A stretch of 64,000 nucleotides of DNA, taken from NCBI GenBank assembly GCA_016214605.1, contig JACROD010000017.1, forward strand, positions 1,183 through 65,182, read 5' to 3'. A program made the position numbers and the translations under genes. Each line of letters starts with the position of its first letter. Within the stretch, counting starts at the first letter, position 1. Under the pieces are notes generated by a model. It made no database searches. It was not told the DNA's origin and was given only the letters and a program-made list of their open reading frames with translations. Below are positions 19,451-29,150 of this stretch, piece after piece. The stretch is from Candidatus Kaiserbacteria bacterium (lineage in GTDB: Bacteria; Patescibacteriota; Minisyncoccia; Phycocordibacterales; UBA2100).

Positions 19451-20722
19451 ATGTCTTTTCGCCAGATTTTACAGGATATTCGCGATACCATCCGTGTCAT
19501 CATGACGCTGACGTGGGAGCGCCGCAATGTCTTCAAGGAGCTGCATGAGAAGAATGCCGAACTCCGGCGGGCCCTCACCAAGACGCGGCTAGAGGATCAT
19601 GCAAAAAGCGAATTTCTCGCAATCCTTGGACATGAATTGCGCAACCCGCTCGCGCCCATCATCAGCACTCTGGAGCTGCTCCAGGTCGATGAGAAGGATC
19701 ATGATCGAGCGTCACTGATTTCAGACGCGCAACAACAGGCGGCGATCCTGAAGCGTCTGCTCGACGACCTGCTCGACATATCCCGCATCACGCATGGAAA
19801 ATTCGATCTCAAGAAAGAGCCGCTGACGCTGCAAACGGTGCTTGAGCAGTCGATCGCGAGCATGAAGCCGTTTCTGGAAGACCAGCAGATCGCCTTTTCG
19901 GTCTCATTGCCGTCCGAACCATTGTGGGTATACGGCGATCCTGCGCGCCTTGTACAGATCTTCAACAATCTACTCCATAATGCTGGCAACTGCACACCGC
20001 ATCACGGGAGTGTGACGCTTGCTCTCAAGCAAGAGGGTGCCGAAGGCGTCATACAAGTCGCTGACACGGGCGTAGGTATTGATCCCGCGCTCCTCGATAG
20101 TATCTTTGAAGCGTTCATAAGCATCAATCCAGCCTCCCAGGTACGGACCGGACTTGGGATCGGATTGTCTTTGGTCAAACGCTTGACCGAGCTGCATGGG
20201 GGCCGAGTACAGGCACAGAGCCGAGGCAAAGGTTTCGGGAGTACCTTTACCGTACGATTGCCTCTCTTGAAACATGATTCACCGTTGAGGGTTGCCACTG
20301 CGGCCGGATCGGGCCAGATGAAGCCATCGACCGTCTTCAAGATCCTCCTGGTCGATGACAATGAGATCGCGGCGCGCGGTATGGGGAAGCTCCTCGAGTA
20401 TAAAGGGCATCAGGTCTGCTTGCGGTATACGGGAAAGAGCGCGCTTACAGCCATTCCCGTTTTCCAGCCGGATGTCATATTGCTCGATATTGGACTGCCC
20501 GATATCAGCGGATATGATGTGGCGCGTCAGGTACTGCGTGCGACATCGCAAGCGCCTCGTCCGGTATTGATCGCGCTCACCGGATTCGGACAGGTGCGGG
20601 ATAAGAAAGCCGCCGCAGAGGCGGGCATGGAATACCATCTCACCAAACCCGTCAGCATCGCCGATATCGAGGCGATCCTTGCGCGCATCGCGTCCGAGCG
20701 ACGAGACCGCAAACATTCATGA
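19451..20722 (+). CDS. Hybrid sensor histidine kinase (HisKA + HATPase_c + C-terminal receiver)
   Basis: H-box FLAILGHELRNPLAPI. N/G boxes (LLHNAGNCT, GVGIDPALL, GLGIGLSLV). Receiver domain KILLVDDNEIA ... LLDIGLPDISG ... K. Confidence 0.8.
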   Translation: MSFRQILQDIRDTIRVIMTLTWERRNVFKELHEKNAELRRALTKTRLEDHAKSEFLAILGHELRNPLAPIISTLELLQVDEKDHDRASLISDAQQQAAILKRLLDDLLDISRITHGKFDLKKEPLTLQTVLEQSIASMKPFLEDQQIAFSVSLPSEPLWVYGDPARLVQIFNNLLHNAGNCTPHHGSVTLALKQEGAEGVIQVADTGVGIDPALLDSIFEAFISINPASQVRTGLGIGLSLVKRLTELHGGRVQAQSRGKGFGSTFTVRLPLLKHDSPLRVATAAGSGQMKPSTVFKILLVDDNEIAARGMGKLLEYKGHQVCLRYTGKSALTAIPVFQPDVILLDIGLPDISGYDVARQVLRATSQAPRPVLIALTGFGQVRDKKAAAEAGMEYHLTKPVSIADIEAILARIASERRDRKHS

Positions 20723-20835
20723 AAACTTCACGATACATTTTGCATAATGCACGGGACGGAATAGTCCACGGGGAGGTCGTTATCGTCATTGATGCTCTGA
20801 CCAATTTAACAATGGTATAATTACAATAGGATTTT

Positions 20836-21510
20836 ATGAAAGTACTTCTTGTGGAAGATGACGCGAAGCTCGCGGATTCGATCAAGCGCGGTCTTGAGCT
20901 TGAAGGATACGCGGTCGATGTTGTGCCCGATGGAAAGAAGGCGCTCACGCGCGTGTCGCTTCATCGTGATGATTATGACATCGTGATCCTCGATCTCATG
21001 CTTCCGTCGATGGACGGCCTCGCCGTATGCAAAGAGATGCGGGCGAAGGACATCACGCTGCCCGTACTGGTCCTTACGGCGCGCTCCGAGGTCGAGAGCA
21101 AGGTGAACCTCCTTCTTTCAGGAGCCGACGATTACCTCGTGAAGCCGTTCTCATTCGCCGAACTCTCAGCGCGTTTGCAGGCGCTTCTGCGGCGGCCGCA
21201 TGAAAACCTGCCGGAGATCCTGGAGGCAGGCGATATCAAGCTCGATCTGGGCACCCGGCGTGTATCGCGCGCGGGCACCACCATTCCGCTCACGCTCAAG
21301 GAATTCGGATTGCTCGAGTACTTCATGCGCCACTCGAATCAGGTCGTGAATCGGGAGGATATTCTTAATCATCTTTGGGATTTCAATTATGTCGGATTTA
21401 GCAACGTGGTGGACGTCCATATCAAAAATCTTCGACGCAAACTCGGCGGGAAAAGCGGCGATGGAATCCTCGAAACGGTTCGCGGGATCGGATACCGGCT
21501 CCGCGCATAG
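20836..21510 (+). CDS. OmpR-family response regulator (REC + winged-helix DNA-binding)
   Basis: MKVLLVEDD ... DIVILDLMLPSMDG ... C-terminal trans_reg_C region (LTLKEFGLLEYFMRH ... VRGIGYRL). Confidence 0.85.
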   Translation: MKVLLVEDDAKLADSIKRGLELEGYAVDVVPDGKKALTRVSLHRDDYDIVILDLMLPSMDGLAVCKEMRAKDITLPVLVLTARSEVESKVNLLLSGADDYLVKPFSFAELSARLQALLRRPHENLPEILEAGDIKLDLGTRRVSRAGTTIPLTLKEFGLLEYFMRHSNQVVNREDILNHLWDFNYVGFSNVVDVHIKNLRRKLGGKSGDGILETVRGIGYRLRA

Positions 21511-21523
21511 GCCGAAGTCTGAT

Positions 21524-21745
21524 ATGCTACAGAAACAATTCATCGAGAATGCCGCGCATGATCTGCGCACGCCGCTTTCGGTTATCCGGATGAACGCCGA
21601 GATGGCACTCTTGTCTTTACATGAAGGATCGGAACTGAGATCGACGTTTTTGGGCATTATCGAAGAGGTCGATCGTATGTCGAAGATGCTGAGTGAGCTT
21701 GTATCTCAGGCGGCGTTTTCTGACACGCAACGCGATCAAGTATAA
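21524..21745 (+). CDS. Orphan HisKA (DHp) domain-only protein, a possible remnant of the cognate sensor kinase
   Basis: 74 aa. The H-box ENAAHDLRTPLSVI is followed by the second DHp helix and then a stop. No HATPase domain is present. It lies directly downstream of the OmpR-like regulator. Confidence 0.45.
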   Translation: MLQKQFIENAAHDLRTPLSVIRMNAEMALLSLHEGSELRSTFLGIIEEVDRMSKMLSELVSQAAFSDTQRDQV

Positions 21746-22079
21746 TCAATACGACGATTCACTCTCATCTCATGCGTGGTGCGTATCATTATTGATAGAT
21801 AAGAAAAGAGATCTTTCATGATCGTATCGCGTATCGCGATAGACGCTTTGGAAGGCGTGGTGCATCTGGGCCCGGATGCACGCATGCGCCAAACGACCCG
21901 ATCATTACGAAGCGAACTTTAGAGGCACCTTAAAAAGAGATGCGTCATATGCAACAAACGCTCTTTGGAGTCAGTGAGCGCTCAGAAGACGAGCGTCGTA
22001 TGCTGACAGTATGAGCCGGAGGCCGTCAACACTACAGCTGTGTGGACGGCCTCCGGCGCGTATGGCCATGCTACACTAG

Positions 22080-23729
22080 GTGCGTATGGAAAATATCCCA
22101 AGGCAATGGCTCGAGGCGATTGCACAAAACGCGGCGACAGCCGTGATCATCCTTGATAAGCAGCGGATCATACGATACGCCAACGATGCCGCAGTGCGCA
22201 TGGCGGAGCGCAGCGGTAAGAGCAATAGTGATCTGATCGGCACATGCTACGACGATATCCTCAAGCTGAGCGTCGTCCGGAATGAGAAGGGGGACAGAGC
22301 TGATCCTGCATCGTTTCCCACTCATCTGGCTCTTGAGCAGGGTATCGAGACCAACCAAAAACTCTTCGAGCAAGTCTATGCGCTCCGGCACTACTGGCTC
22401 AGTATTTCATGCATTCCTCTTTTCAATGAGCACGGAGCGGTCGAGTATGCGGTGGCGTATTTCCGCGACATCTCGGAGGAAAAACTGCACGCAGATCAAT
22501 TGGCATTCCTCGTCGCCTCGTCGAAGATAACGTCCGTCCAAAGCGACGCGGAAATACTTCTCATGGAAAATGTCCGATTGATCACGCCTTCGCTCGCGGA
22601 TTGGTGTGCTATCGACGTGATCAATCCCATGGGCCAGTTCATTCGGCTGCCCGTAGCGGGTGCGAACGAGCCGCATGCAGTATCGGGGCCGATCGACGGC
22701 ATATCATGGGAACCGGAGAACACGACTTGCATGGGTACGGTCCTCACGAGCGGTACATCAGAGCTGTATTCCGTGTTGCGGCAAAAAGAAAAATTCCGGG
22801 AAGTGGTGCCACAGCAATGCCTGCATCTCGTGCATGGCTTGGAAGCGAGCTCTCTGATAGTCATTCCGATCAAGATGCGCGGGAATATCGTCGGGGCGCT
22901 CTCGCTTGCATATACCACTTCGGGCCGTCACTATACGCAGGAGGACCTTGTCTTTATGGAAGATTTTTGCCATCATCTCGGTCTCATCATCGAAAATGTT
23001 CGTCTCTATCACGAACTTGAAAAAGCCGGCCAAGAGAAGGACGTGTTTCTCGCGGCTCTATCGCATGAATTGCGCAACCCTCTCGCGCCGATCAAGAGTT
23101 CGATCGAGCTTCTGAAGATGAAACAGTCCGAAAAAGAGAGTATCGAAGAACTGTCCATCATCGAACATCAATTCGACCATATCACCAAGCTGGTAAACGA
23201 TCTCTTAGACGCGAGCCGGTACTCGTTCGGGAAGATCCATTTGGATCATGAGCGTATATCGCTCAATGAAGTGATTAAGCAGGTGATCATGTCCAACCAG
23301 GGACTGCTCGATAAACAGCGCCTGCATTTGGACGTCTCGTTGCCCCCGGAGGATATCATGCTGTATGCGGATTGGACGCGGATCGAACAAGCGTTGACGA
23401 ACATTCTGCACAATGCCGAGAAATTCACGCCGGAAGGCGGGAGCATTGTTATCAATGCGCATAAAGAAGGCGAGAACGCAGTCATAACCATTGCCGATAC
23501 GGGTATCGGCATAGAAGCGGGCGAGGCGGCACGTATCTTTGACGGCAGCCTGCGCATGCGGCAGAGTAAGTATCCCAGTAGAGGGCTTGGTATCGGTCTC
23601 CTGCTCGTTCGCGAGATCGTACAGCTTCACGGTGGCCGCATCGAAGCGGCGAGCGAGGGCTTAGGTAAAGGTAGTACCTTTACGATCACGTTGCCGCTCA
23701 CTCAGGGTGGCAAGACTCACCGCGCCTAA
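22080..23729 (+). CDS. Sensor histidine kinase with PAS and GAF sensory domains
   Basis: PAS-like N-terminus, a GAF-like middle section, H-box FLAALSHELRNPLAPI, then HATPase_c (ILHNAEKFT, DTGIGIEAGE, GLGIGLLLV). No TM helices, so probably cytoplasmic. Confidence 0.8.
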   Translation: MRMENIPRQWLEAIAQNAATAVIILDKQRIIRYANDAAVRMAERSGKSNSDLIGTCYDDILKLSVVRNEKGDRADPASFPTHLALEQGIETNQKLFEQVYALRHYWLSISCIPLFNEHGAVEYAVAYFRDISEEKLHADQLAFLVASSKITSVQSDAEILLMENVRLITPSLADWCAIDVINPMGQFIRLPVAGANEPHAVSGPIDGISWEPENTTCMGTVLTSGTSELYSVLRQKEKFREVVPQQCLHLVHGLEASSLIVIPIKMRGNIVGALSLAYTTSGRHYTQEDLVFMEDFCHHLGLIIENVRLYHELEKAGQEKDVFLAALSHELRNPLAPIKSSIELLKMKQSEKESIEELSIIEHQFDHITKLVNDLLDASRYSFGKIHLDHERISLNEVIKQVIMSNQGLLDKQRLHLDVSLPPEDIMLYADWTRIEQALTNILHNAEKFTPEGGSIVINAHKEGENAVITIADTGIGIEAGEAARIFDGSLRMRQSKYPSRGLGIGLLLVREIVQLHGGRIEAASEGLGKGSTFTITLPLTQGGKTHRA

Positions 23730-23819
23730 TGCCGCCAAGCGTGCATACGGTGGTGACCCCAGGATATCGCCTTACGACCCCGCTTCCTAGAATGTCCATT
23801 TTCATATACATCTCATGAC

Positions 23820-25364
23820 GTGAGGCGCATTATCGTATGTATGCGCCGTATACTCATGCTCGAGGACTCTGCGACCGATGCGGAGCTTATAGAGCGCAAA
23901 CTCAGCGAATCCGGTCTGGTCTTTACGGGGCGACGCGTATCTTCGAAGTCCGGGTTTCTCCAAGCAATCAAAGATAAGGATGAAGCGCCCGACATCATAC
24001 TCGCCGACTACACGCTCCCGTCTTTTCTTGGCAGCGAGGCGCTTGCGTTTGCCAAAGAATATTGTCCGGACACACCGTTCATATTCGTGACGGGTACGAT
24101 GGGCGAGGAGAGGGCTATTGAGGCGCTCAAGAGCGGGGCGACCGATTACGTGCTCAAAGAGCGGCTCTTCCGGCTACCCGGTGTCGTTAATCGCGCCTTG
24201 GAAGAAGTGCAAGAGCGCAAGCGTCTCAAGCTGGTAGAGGCGCGAGAAAAGGAGGCTGAGCATGAGATCTTCGAGGCGAATCGTGCAAAAGACGATTTTT
24301 TGGCGCTGCTCTCGCATGAGCTTCGCAATCCTCTGGTGCCGCTTCTGATCAATGCCGAACAGATAGCAGGAGAGACGGAGGATCCGGCGACTCAAGAGCG
24401 TGCGCAAGCGATCTATCGGCAGGCTTACCACATGTCCAAACTTTTGGACGATCTCCTGGACGTCACGCGCATCACGCAAGGCAAGATCACACTCAAGAAA
24501 CAGCCCGTCAATCTCAAACGGATCGTTGAAGAGGCGGTCGAGATGGTCCGGCCGCTTGCTGATGAACGGGAACATACAATCGTCGCGGAGCACGTCGAGG
24601 CGCTTCGCCTCAATGCCGATCCGGTACGGCTCGAACAGATTTTGGTGAATCTCTTGAATAATGCCGTCAAGTACACGGACAAAGGAGGTCTGATCGAGAT
24701 CATGGCACATCGGGAGGATGACAATGTGGTCATCACGGTCAAAGATACCGGGGTCGGCATCACTCTCGATCTGCTTCCGCGCGTTTTCGACCTTTTTGTC
24801 CGCGGCGGGCATTCGCTTGCGCGCACATCAAGCGGACTCGGCATCGGTCTCACGCTGGTCAAAAGACTGGTCGAACTGCACGGAGGTGTGGTCTATGCGA
24901 CAAGCGAAGGTCCCAACCGCGGAAGTACATTCTCGGTTCGTTTACCCATTGGAAATGAAGAGAGAGATGTCGCGCATAAGAGCCGTTCGTTGTCGCGGAA
25001 TGCCGCGCAGGGGACACCCCATCGGAATGTACTCGTCGTGGACGACAATCGTGATCTGACCGATGCCCTCGGGTCGGCCTTGCGCGCCGCCGGACATACG
25101 GTGCATGTGGCGTATGACGGCAAAGAGGCGATACGCATCGCTGAGAAGACGCAACCGCAAGTCGTTTTGCTTGATATCGGATTGCCGGACATGGACGGGC
25201 TCTCGGTCGCACGGACGCTCCGTCGGCAATTCGGACGTTCGATGGAACTTATTGCATTGAGCGGGTACGGACAGGAGAAGGATAAACAGAAGGCTTACAA
25301 GGCAGGATTTGACCGCTATATCGTCAAACCGATCGGGGTCAAGGAATTGCAGGAGATCGTGTAA
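23820..25364 (+). CDS. Hybrid histidine kinase, REC - HisKA - HATPase_c - REC
   Basis: N-terminal receiver (LMLEDSATD ... ILADYTLPSF ... K). H-box LALLSHELRNPLVPL, HATPase_c, and a C-terminal receiver (VLVVDDNRDL ... LLDIGLPDMDG). The start codon is uncertain (23820, 23841 or 23856). Confidence 0.8.
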   Translation: MRRIIVCMRRILMLEDSATDAELIERKLSESGLVFTGRRVSSKSGFLQAIKDKDEAPDIILADYTLPSFLGSEALAFAKEYCPDTPFIFVTGTMGEERAIEALKSGATDYVLKERLFRLPGVVNRALEEVQERKRLKLVEAREKEAEHEIFEANRAKDDFLALLSHELRNPLVPLLINAEQIAGETEDPATQERAQAIYRQAYHMSKLLDDLLDVTRITQGKITLKKQPVNLKRIVEEAVEMVRPLADEREHTIVAEHVEALRLNADPVRLEQILVNLLNNAVKYTDKGGLIEIMAHREDDNVVITVKDTGVGITLDLLPRVFDLFVRGGHSLARTSSGLGIGLTLVKRLVELHGGVVYATSEGPNRGSTFSVRLPIGNEERDVAHKSRSLSRNAAQGTPHRNVLVVDDNRDLTDALGSALRAAGHTVHVAYDGKEAIRIAEKTQPQVVLLDIGLPDMDGLSVARTLRRQFGRSMELIALSGYGQEKDKQKAYKAGFDRYIVKPIGVKELQEIV

Positions 25365-25406
25365 GTAACACTAAAGACCATAAAACAAAGAACATATACG
25401 ATACCT

Positions 25407-26339
25407 ATGAAAAACTTTCTGACTATGTGGAGAAACGACAGGCGTGCGGCGATCCTCTACGGTATTGTCGCGGTATTGTCGATGGCGTATCTGATAGTGC
25501 TCTTTTTTGAGCCGGTTCCTGTCGGCCCGCAAGCGTTTGGACTCAGCCTCATGGCACGGGTACTGCTCCAGATCACGGTCGCGGCACCGATCGTATTGAT
25601 CTGGTTTGTGGGCATCGCATCGATCGCGGGAAGTCTGCGTCACGCCGGTGGCGTCATCGATCCCGCGCTCAAGACGCGCTATCGGATGCTTGGGCTCGCA
25701 CTCGGCTTTTTGGTCGGCGGATTGATCATGGGGACGCTCATCGGAAGCGTACAATCATATTTCCCGGGCGTCGCTGGTATCCAGCGCATGAGCACGATCC
25801 TGGCGAACTATATGTACGTCTTTCCTCCGCTCGCCGGCTTCCTCTCTCTGTATCAAAGCGCGCGCGCTGGCAACGGCAAAAGACCGTTCGATCAAAACAG
25901 CGTGGTCGCGGGACTGCTCGCGGTCATCGTGGGAGTGCTGTGGACCGGCATTATCTTCACCAACACAGGGAGGCAGACATCCTCGATCCCCGGCATCCAG
26001 CCGAGCTTCTTTCTCAGTGATGCGGCTATCATCGTAAGTATCGTTATCCCGACCGTTGTATCGTGGTTCTTTGGGATCTTGGCGGCGCTCGTGTTCTCGG
26101 ATATTTCCATCAGCACGACCAATCGCGATCACGCACTTTCGAGGCTCGTGTCGGGCATCTGGTTCCTCATCTTCAGCTACATTATCATCCTTGGACTGCT
26201 CTCCGCGGGCGGGGAGCGACTGCTTCGCTTAGGGTTGTGGGGCGTATTGATCGTGATCTACCTCTTTCTGCTCGTCCTTCTCGCTGCACATTGGCGCATT
26301 GCATCGGCCGTCCATCGATTGACCGATAAAGACATATGA
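25407..26339 (+). CDS. Polytopic membrane protein of unknown function (about 8 TM helices)
   Basis: Hydrophobic throughout with no recognisable catalytic motif. It is embedded between two kinase genes, and its stop overlaps the downstream kinase start. Confidence 0.5.
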   Translation: MKNFLTMWRNDRRAAILYGIVAVLSMAYLIVLFFEPVPVGPQAFGLSLMARVLLQITVAAPIVLIWFVGIASIAGSLRHAGGVIDPALKTRYRMLGLALGFLVGGLIMGTLIGSVQSYFPGVAGIQRMSTILANYMYVFPPLAGFLSLYQSARAGNGKRPFDQNSVVAGLLAVIVGVLWTGIIFTNTGRQTSSIPGIQPSFFLSDAAIIVSIVIPTVVSWFFGILAALVFSDISISTTNRDHALSRLVSGIWFLIFSYIIILGLLSAGGERLLRLGLWGVLIVIYLFLLVLLAAHWRIASAVHRLTDKDI

Positions 26340-27424
26340 ATATCGCCAATAAAACGATTTTGATCCTGATCGCGTTTGCGCTTGTGCCGCTCGCTCTGGC
26401 TGCCGCATTCATGTATACGACGGGAAATGAATGTTTCCGCGAGCAAACGTACCAGAGCTCTTTTCTGCTATTCTCTTTCATGGTCGCTCTTGCGAGTATT
26501 TTCTTCGGACTCCTCGCTGCAAAGGCGCTCACCGATCCATTGCGCCTGCTTGCGGCGGCCGTCGCCGACTTTGCTGCACATCCCGATCAGTCTCTATCGG
26601 CGCCTGTGATCGCGCCGGACGGACATGACGAAGTGGGTGCCTTGCGCGATGAATTCCATATCATGTCCGAAAAGATCCGACATTATCACGAAGACCTCGA
26701 AGACGAGGTAAAGAAGCGGACTGCGGAACTCGAAGCCTTCAGCTATTCGGTGTCGCACGATCTGCGCGCACCACTGCGGGCCATGGACGGGTTCGTAAAG
26801 ATGCTCGATGAAGATTACGGCAAAGATTTTGACGAAGAGGGGAAGCGCATCATCGCGGTCATCCAAACCAACGCCAAGCAGATGGGCAAGCTCATCGATG
26901 ATCTACTCTCGTTCTCGCGGCTCGGGCGGCAAGACGTCACCAAGACGCGCATCTCGATGAAGCCGTTGGTGCAGAGCGTCTACATCGAGATGCAGCGATC
27001 TGATCCCGGTCATGTGACGGATATCACTATAACGGAGATGCCCGATGCGTTTGCCGATCCCAATATGATACGGCTCGTGTGGACGAACCTGCTCTCCAAT
27101 GCGATGAAATTCTCGCATATGCGGGAAAAGGCGCATATCGAGATCGGCGGCACAGAAGAGGCTGACACGGGCACGGTGTCTTATTTCGTCAAGGACAACG
27201 GCGTCGGTTTCGACATGAAGTACGTCGATAAACTGTTTAATGTGTTCCAACGGCTCCATCCGGCATCGGAATTCGAAGGTACCGGCATAGGACTCGCCAA
27301 TGTCCGGCGCATCGTCGAGCGTCACGGCGGATCCGTGCGTGCCCGAGGCGAGGTCGATAAAGGTGCCACCTTTTATTTCACACTTCCCTCACCGAAGGAA
27401 GCGGATATGAGCGAGTATGATTAA
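26336..27424 (+). CDS. Membrane sensor histidine kinase (2 TM + HisKA + HATPase_c)
   Basis: H-box [18 protein letters not shown] boxes ([25 protein letters not shown]). Confidence 0.8.
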   Translation: MNIANKTILILIAFALVPLALAAAFMYTTGNECFREQTYQSSFLLFSFMVALASIFFGLLAAKALTDPLRLLAAAVADFAAHPDQSLSAPVIAPDGHDEVGALRDEFHIMSEKIRHYHEDLEDEVKKRTAELEAFSYSVSHDLRAPLRAMDGFVKMLDEDYGKDFDEEGKRIIAVIQTNAKQMGKLIDDLLSFSRLGRQDVTKTRISMKPLVQSVYIEMQRSDPGHVTDITITEMPDAFADPNMIRLVWTNLLSNAMKFSHMREKAHIEIGGTEEADTGTVSYFVKDNGVGFDMKYVDKLFNVFQRLHPASEFEGTGIGLANVRRIVERHGGSVRARGEVDKGATFYFTLPSPKEADMSEYD

Positions 27425-27872
27425 TGATACCAATTACAACGCAGTAGATATCTTGCTCGTCGAGGATAATCAGAACGACAGCGAGCTCACCTTGCGCGCC
27501 CTGCGCAAGCACAACCTCGCCAATCACATCCACACCGTCGAAGACGGCGAGGCGGCGCTCGAATTCATCTTTTGCACCGGACGATATGCGAGTCGAGACA
27601 TCGTCATTCCGCCCAAGGTCATTTTGCTCGACCTCAAGTTGCCAAAAGTGAACGGGCTTGAGGTATTGAAAAAGATCAAATCCGATGAGCGGACGAAGTC
27701 TATTCCTGTGGTCATCCTCACTTCATCCGCAGAAACGAGCGATCTTGAAAGTGCATATCTGCTGGGGGTCAATAGTTACCTCGTCAAGCCAGTCGATTTT
27801 GAGAAGTTTATACGCGTCCTCGGCGATGCGGGACTATATTGGTTGTTGATTAATAGATCTCTGCGACTTTGA
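27417..27872 (+). CDS. Single-domain CheY-like response regulator
   Basis: [16 protein letters not shown] ... [12 protein letters not shown] ... [10 protein letters not shown] ... YLVKP. There is no output domain. It overlaps the upstream kinase stop. Confidence 0.8.
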   Translation: MINDTNYNAVDILLVEDNQNDSELTLRALRKHNLANHIHTVEDGEAALEFIFCTGRYASRDIVIPPKVILLDLKLPKVNGLEVLKKIKSDERTKSIPVVILTSSAETSDLESAYLLGVNSYLVKPVDFEKFIRVLGDAGLYWLLINRSLRL

Positions 27873-28049
27873 ATAGAGAGTGTGGTGCCGGTAGAACGAC
27901 CGTCATCATTGCATCCTCTTTCCGAAGATGTGTCCTCACATTATTCTCATGTTCTTTTGATAAAAATAAGCTTGGTGCAACAAGGCGCGTGCGGCATGCC
28001 TTCGCGCACCATTGATCATGAGACGCCAAAGGAAGGAGAGGATACAACC

Positions 28050-28316
28050 ATGGAGATATTCAATGCCGATACCTTCAGACACCTCACATGCACGATCGAT
28101 CCGTTTGTCCGCGGATGGGAGACCGAGGACAGCATGAAAAAAATCGATCAGGAGACCATCCATGAATGCGTCCAAAAGGCGGAGCGGCTCGTCATGGAAG
28201 GATCCTCTCTTGAGGATTTTTTCCGCGAGACGGACAAGACGTTGTTGTTGGAAGTCCAGGAATTTTGGCGCGACAAGTGGATCCAACATAGTTTTGCGGA
28301 ACGAGGATTTGCTTAA
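28050..28316 (+). CDS. Small hypothetical protein (88 aa)
   Basis: ATG preceded by the strong RBS AAGGAAGGAGAGG. It lies within a longer ORF-track ORF (27882..28316) whose upstream part has no RBS. No homology is recognised. Confidence 0.35.
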   Translation: MEIFNADTFRHLTCTIDPFVRGWETEDSMKKIDQETIHECVQKAERLVMEGSSLEDFFRETDKTLLLEVQEFWRDKWIQHSFAERGFA

Positions 28317-28507
28317 GCGGGATCAGCGGCATATGCCGCGGAATGTTGTTCTTTGAACTTTGGCGGCCGCGTTTCACGCGGCCGCTTCCTTTGATACCGT
28401 CTCGTGGACTGAAGCGCAGGTGAAGACATGTGACGTATGGGTTCATGCAAACTTTTACCTCCCGCGTGTATCTTGATGGTATGTGAAGGCCGAGACTTCG
28501 CATACGC

Positions 28508-28714
28508 TTGTTTGCAGAGTCGAGCATTATTAAAACAATAAAACAACTATCTATGTGGCAAGATTGGACAAATGCGATCTTGGGTCTCTTGATAATCGGA
28601 ATTGCTTTTCTCGGATTACAGGGTTCCCAATCGACGTGGACGTTCGCAGCCATCGGTCTGCTCGTCGCTGTGATCGGTTTTTGGGGAGTCAGCGAGCAAG
28701 GCAAACAGCAATAA
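28508..28714 (+). CDS. Small two-TM membrane protein (hypothetical)
   Basis: The hydrophobic segment WTNAILGLLIIGIAFLGL ... FAAIGLLVAVIGFWGV would give two TM helices. The start is uncertain (TTG at 28508 or ATG at 28553). Confidence 0.3.
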   Translation: MFAESSIIKTIKQLSMWQDWTNAILGLLIIGIAFLGLQGSQSTWTFAAIGLLVAVIGFWGVSEQGKQQ

Positions 28715-28827
28715 GCGAGTATTCGTTTTTGCGTCGTGCACTGTACTCGGCAGAGCACCACATTGCTGCGTTTGGCAATTTCCGACGAAGAAGCGCATCG
28801 GTGCTTGATTCCCCGTAACGCACCACC

Positions 28828-28861
28828 AAGATCAAGACCACCGAAAGGTGGTCTTGATCTT
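28828..28861. terminator. Perfect 15-bp-stem hairpin between a small ORF and tRNA-fMet, a putative terminator or processing hairpin
   Basis: aagatcaagaccacc-gaaa-ggtggtcttgatctt, followed on the + strand by ttgcttgtt. Confidence 0.4.
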
Positions 28862-28867
28862 TGCTTG

Positions 28868-28939
28868 TTGCGGGGGCGGGAATTGCACCCGCGACCTCAA
28901 GGTTATGAGCCTTGCGAGCTACTACTGCTCCACCCCGCG
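28868..28939 (-). tRNA. tRNA-Met (CAT), probable initiator tRNA-fMet
   Basis: CGCGGGGTGGAGCAGTAGTAGCTCGCAAGGCTCATAACCTTGAGGTCGCGGGTGCAATTCCCGCCCCCGCA(A). Cloverleaf with a C1xA72 mismatch typical of bacterial initiator tRNA and anticodon loop CTCATAA. CCA is not encoded. The D-loop lacks the usual GG and the T-loop is TGCAATT. Confidence 0.65.
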
Positions 28940-29087
28940 ATACCCTCAGAAGATACCACAATCTTTCATATTTCTCCACTAGCGTCTTTTATTGGAAGCC
29001 GAGAATAACCCCGCAGCTTGCTGCGGGGTTGAGAGGCTAATAGATTTGAAGCGGCGGCGGCCGCTACACCTTCCAAAAAAACAGCCT

Positions 29088-29150
29088 GGTGTCGCCCGCG
29101 CAATACCTCGCAGCTTGCTGCGAGGATGCGACGGGCGACCTGTTTTATTG
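29088..29150. terminator. Bidirectional rho-independent terminator (long GC hairpin with T-runs on both sides)
   Basis: aaaaaaacagcctggtgtcgcccgcgcaatacctcgcagcttgctgcgaggatgcgacgggcgacctgttttattgg. It serves the minus-strand gene ending at 29145. Confidence 0.55.

Noticed and set aside
28363-28390. Two GCGGCCGC (NotI) octamers forming a hairpin after the 27882-28316 ORF
   Set aside because: Noted as a likely simple terminator hairpin (gcggccgc-gtttcac-gcggccgc followed by ttcctttg). It was not elevated to a finding because it is a single occurrence with an obvious role.
28192-28761. 189-aa minus-strand ORF upstream of tRNA-fMet
   Set aside because: It covers a small plus-strand membrane-protein gene and intergenic hairpins, has no RBS or domain, and is likely spurious.
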